From Raphidiopsis brookii D9 (GTDB lineage Bacteria; Cyanobacteriota; Cyanobacteriia; Cyanobacteriales; Nostocaceae): a stretch of 32,000 nucleotides of DNA. The notes beneath the pieces were generated by a model that worked only from the letters and a program-made list of their open reading frames with translations, searched no databases and had not been told where the DNA came from. This document shows positions 29,896 to 32,000 of the stretch, piece after piece. A program made the position numbers and the translations under genes. Numbering within the stretch: position 1 is the stretch's first letter; the number at the start of each line of letters is the position of its first letter. Location: positions 1 to 32,000 of the forward strand of contig ACYB01000022.1 of assembly GCA_000175855.1 (NCBI GenBank), read 5' to 3'.

Positions 29896-32000
29896 TTAAT
29901 TTTTGTAATTCTCGCTTTAAATCTTCTGTACTTAAATCATAAATCCTGTTTTTGTCTGCATCTATGACCCCAGATTCGCTGCAAATCCAATAAACCAGAC
30001 GGAGAAATGAATCTCTATCCCAAAATAAATTATATGGAGAATAGCGATTTTCAAACTGTGCTAAATTTTGAGTAATTGTATGCTTAAGAAAGTCTCGGCG
30101 CAAGAATATAATGACCCCTATATTTGCTTTTCTAATTTCTGAAATCTTTGTGGGTACATCATCAATTAAAGCCTTTAAAGCTATCCTTTGTTGAGTATGG
30201 GTATAAATCTCTGGAAAAATATTTTCCAAACCATCAAAAAGAAATACAATATTTAATTTTCTTTCTTTTAATTCCCGGTCTATTGCCATGAGAGTACTAT
30301 GACCAATATCCAAATTAATATCGATTGACTTGGCAATAATCTTACTAATCCAAAATTCTGTCCATTTTAATTCATTCCAGTTTTCTTCTAGGGACTTTTT
30401 TAGGGAACTTTTAATTTCATCAGTGTAGTTTGAGTGGCTAAATTCCAACGTACTTTTCAAAGCTGATCGAACTTCGTTCCTGGCTTTGTCAATAATATTT
30501 TGAGCATCCCGTTCAACATACTGACTTTGAAGCAAAGGAAATATATAGGTTCTGTTTTTCGGTTCTTCATGATTTTGACTACCATCTACACGACGTAAAA
30601 AACTTTCCCAATTCCTAAGACGTGATAGATGTATATAATTAAAAGTCTTTCCCGATCCTTTAGCACCAATACATAAAACATTGGGTAATTTATCCGAGAA
30701 GTCACTTGCTAAATTTCGTAAGGGTTCTATAATCAGTAAATTTTCTCCTTTGCCAGTTTCTGCATATCGATATTTTTCACACAAGTCTCTGATTTTTTTC
30801 AAATCATCTAACTTCTTATTGAACAAATCTTCAGATAAAACCTCTTGATTATTAGCATTATCAGCAGTGATCAACTTTGTTTCTGCCCATTTTCTGGCAT
30901 TCTTCATTAATGTAGTTGCTGATAATCTTGATCGAGCTTCTTCCCAACTATTAACATAGAGTAGTTCTTCTGCAAAGAAAGCCTCAATAATTTCCAACCT
31001 TTTGCTATAAACATCTTCTGTATCTTCCGGTTGAATATAATTTTGGTAAAATTCATCCACGGCATTTTTATAACGGGGTGAATCTATGACTTCCTGCTTC
31101 AACATATTAATCAATAACCATGGATCATAATATTTTTCATGTTGTATATCCGATTGTGATGGTGCTACTTTACCGATTTGTTGTAAAACTAGATTAGTAC
31201 CACGAATAGACTGTTCACTAATGCTGGTAACAATAAACCTTTCAACTCTAGGATCAAAGATTATTGGGCTAGATATCTCACTTAGTCCAGCTCTTAAATC
31301 AATAAATACATAATTTATGTCAAGCTCTTGACCTAAAAGATTGATAGCATTACTGTACCCCCAAGCTCCATGAGCACCCCTAACTAAATGTTCTGGTAAG
31401 ATTGGTTTATCTAACAACTGTTGGTCATTTAAACAAGCAGGCAAAAAGTACACTTTTGATCGGTCTTCATTTATATGACTAGTTAAATTTTTTTTCAATT
31501 CTTTAGCAAATAATGATAGTGTCTGTTCTACGGGTAGGCGAGAATAATGATAAACTTCTAAAAAGTCCAGGAAACAAACTGCTGGATTCTTGACACCATT
31601 CCAATAGGTCAAACCTGGTGCTTCTAAATCAGCATCAATAACCAAGATATTTATTGGTTGATTTAATTGCTTAGATCTCTCCAGTAATGCCAAAAGATAG
31701 GCTACCAGATTTAAGGTTCTACCTACACCACCTTTAAAAGAATAGAAAGCTAATAATTCAGTTTTATTAATTTTTGTTTGAGTATATGGGTCTGGTAGAT
31801 TAATTGCACTCTTTTGAGAAGTCTCTATTTCTGGTAAGTAGGCAATTTCTTCCCAAAAGGGACGGGGCTCAATAGGATTAATCTCTATTTCCTCCGGTCC
31901 AGTAAATTCTACCGGTAACTTATCATCTCCCATATCAAGTTGAATTACCGATTCTTCTTCTAAATACCAATCACCAAACCACTGTTTGACAATACTTTTA
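29873..32000 (-). CDS. Dual-NTPase protein, major part: ParA/MinD-like ATPase with KGGVGR variant Walker A fused to a second P-loop NTPase (5' end may lie beyond the window)
   Basis: The first in-window ATG is 31933 (686 aa), but the frame stays open to nt 32000. Motifs are KGGVGRT (nt 31715-31735), ILVIDADLEAPGL, YVFIDLRAGLSE, GAKGSGKT (nt 30644-30667) and IVFLFDGLE (nt 30224-30250). The ORF ends at TGA-TAA at 29873. Confidence 0.75.
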   Translation of the reverse strand, partial: KSIVKQWFGDWYLEEESVIQLDMGDDKLPVEFTGPEEIEINPIEPRPFWEEIAYLPEIETSQKSAINLPDPYTQTKINKTELLAFYSFKGGVGRTLNLVAYLLALLERSKQLNQPINILVIDADLEAPGLTYWNGVKNPAVCFLDFLEVYHYSRLPVEQTLSLFAKELKKNLTSHINEDRSKVYFLPACLNDQQLLDKPILPEHLVRGAHGAWGYSNAINLLGQELDINYVFIDLRAGLSEISSPIIFDPRVERFIVTSISEQSIRGTNLVLQQIGKVAPSQSDIQHEKYYDPWLLINMLKQEVIDSPRYKNAVDEFYQNYIQPEDTEDVYSKRLEIIEAFFAEELLYVNSWEEARSRLSATTLMKNARKWAETKLITADNANNQEVLSEDLFNKKLDDLKKIRDLCEKYRYAETGKGENLLIIEPLRNLASDFSDKLPNVLCIGAKGSGKTFNYIHLSRLRNWESFLRRVDGSQNHEEPKNRTYIFPLLQSQYVERDAQNIIDKARNEVRSALKSTLEFSHSNYTDEIKSSLKKSLEENWNELKWTEFWISKIIAKSIDINLDIGHSTLMAIDRELKERKLNIVFLFDGLENIFPEIYTHTQQRIALKALIDDVPTKISEIRKANIGVIIFLRRDFLKHTITQNLAQFENRYSPYNLFWDRDSFLRLVYWICSESGVIDADKNRIYDLSTEDLKRELQKLMGTEARF

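Noticed and set aside
27955-31933. RecB-like nuclease plus dual NTPase as one nuclease/NTPase defence operon
   Set aside because: The genes are convergent rather than co-oriented. The nuclease has native G+C and a HIP1 site, and as far as I recall it belongs to a family widely conserved in cyanobacteria. The adjacency is more likely an insertion junction.
29211-32000. Absence of HIP1 sites from the dual-NTPase region as evidence of foreign origin
   Set aside because: Core regions of similar or larger size also lack HIP1: there is none in 1-4519 and none between 20915 and 24985. The absence over about 2.8 kb is therefore not informative. Only the G+C drop is used as evidence.

Overview
This is a cyanobacterial chromosomal window. 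The evidence is an overlapping psbD/psbC pair, 19 copies of the HIP1 octamer GCGATCGC found by eye, and protein sequences that look Nostocales-like from memory. No search was possible, so all calls rest on motif recognition in the supplied ORF translations and on hand translation.

About 29 kb is ordinary, densely packed core genome:
- psbD (3' end), psbC, and an IscS-like cysteine desulfurase
- a frameshifted bcp peroxiredoxin
- a stand-alone photolyase FAD-domain protein
- two TPR proteins
- ruvB, hisF and dapB
- a DevB/DevC/DevA-type tripartite ABC exporter
- a CheY-like receiver
- a GyrA/ParC-like topoisomerase subunit
- an HLIP gene with an HLR1-like box
- a DUF92 protein coupled to an agmatinase-family gene
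- alaS
- an HEAGH membrane protease-like protein
- a NIF3 / YjbQ / glycosyltransferase / class-V PLP enzyme cluster
- a TM0106-type RecB-like nuclease

I recognised no rRNA, tRNA, CRISPR array, transposase or integrase.

The only clearly non-housekeeping element starts at about 29.4 kb. There the sequence becomes markedly AT-rich and encodes a large minus-strand protein that runs off the window edge. It fuses a ParA/MinD-like ATPase carrying a variant KGGVGR Walker A to a second P-loop NTPase and a C-terminal extension. The extension is reached only through a 1-nt frameshift. This is the best candidate for an uncharacterised conflict/defence-type system, but it is incomplete in this window and apparently disrupted.

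Three genes (bcp, ruvB N-terminus, the dual NTPase) carry single-nucleotide frame disruptions. This points either to indel errors in the assembly or to genuine gene erosion.
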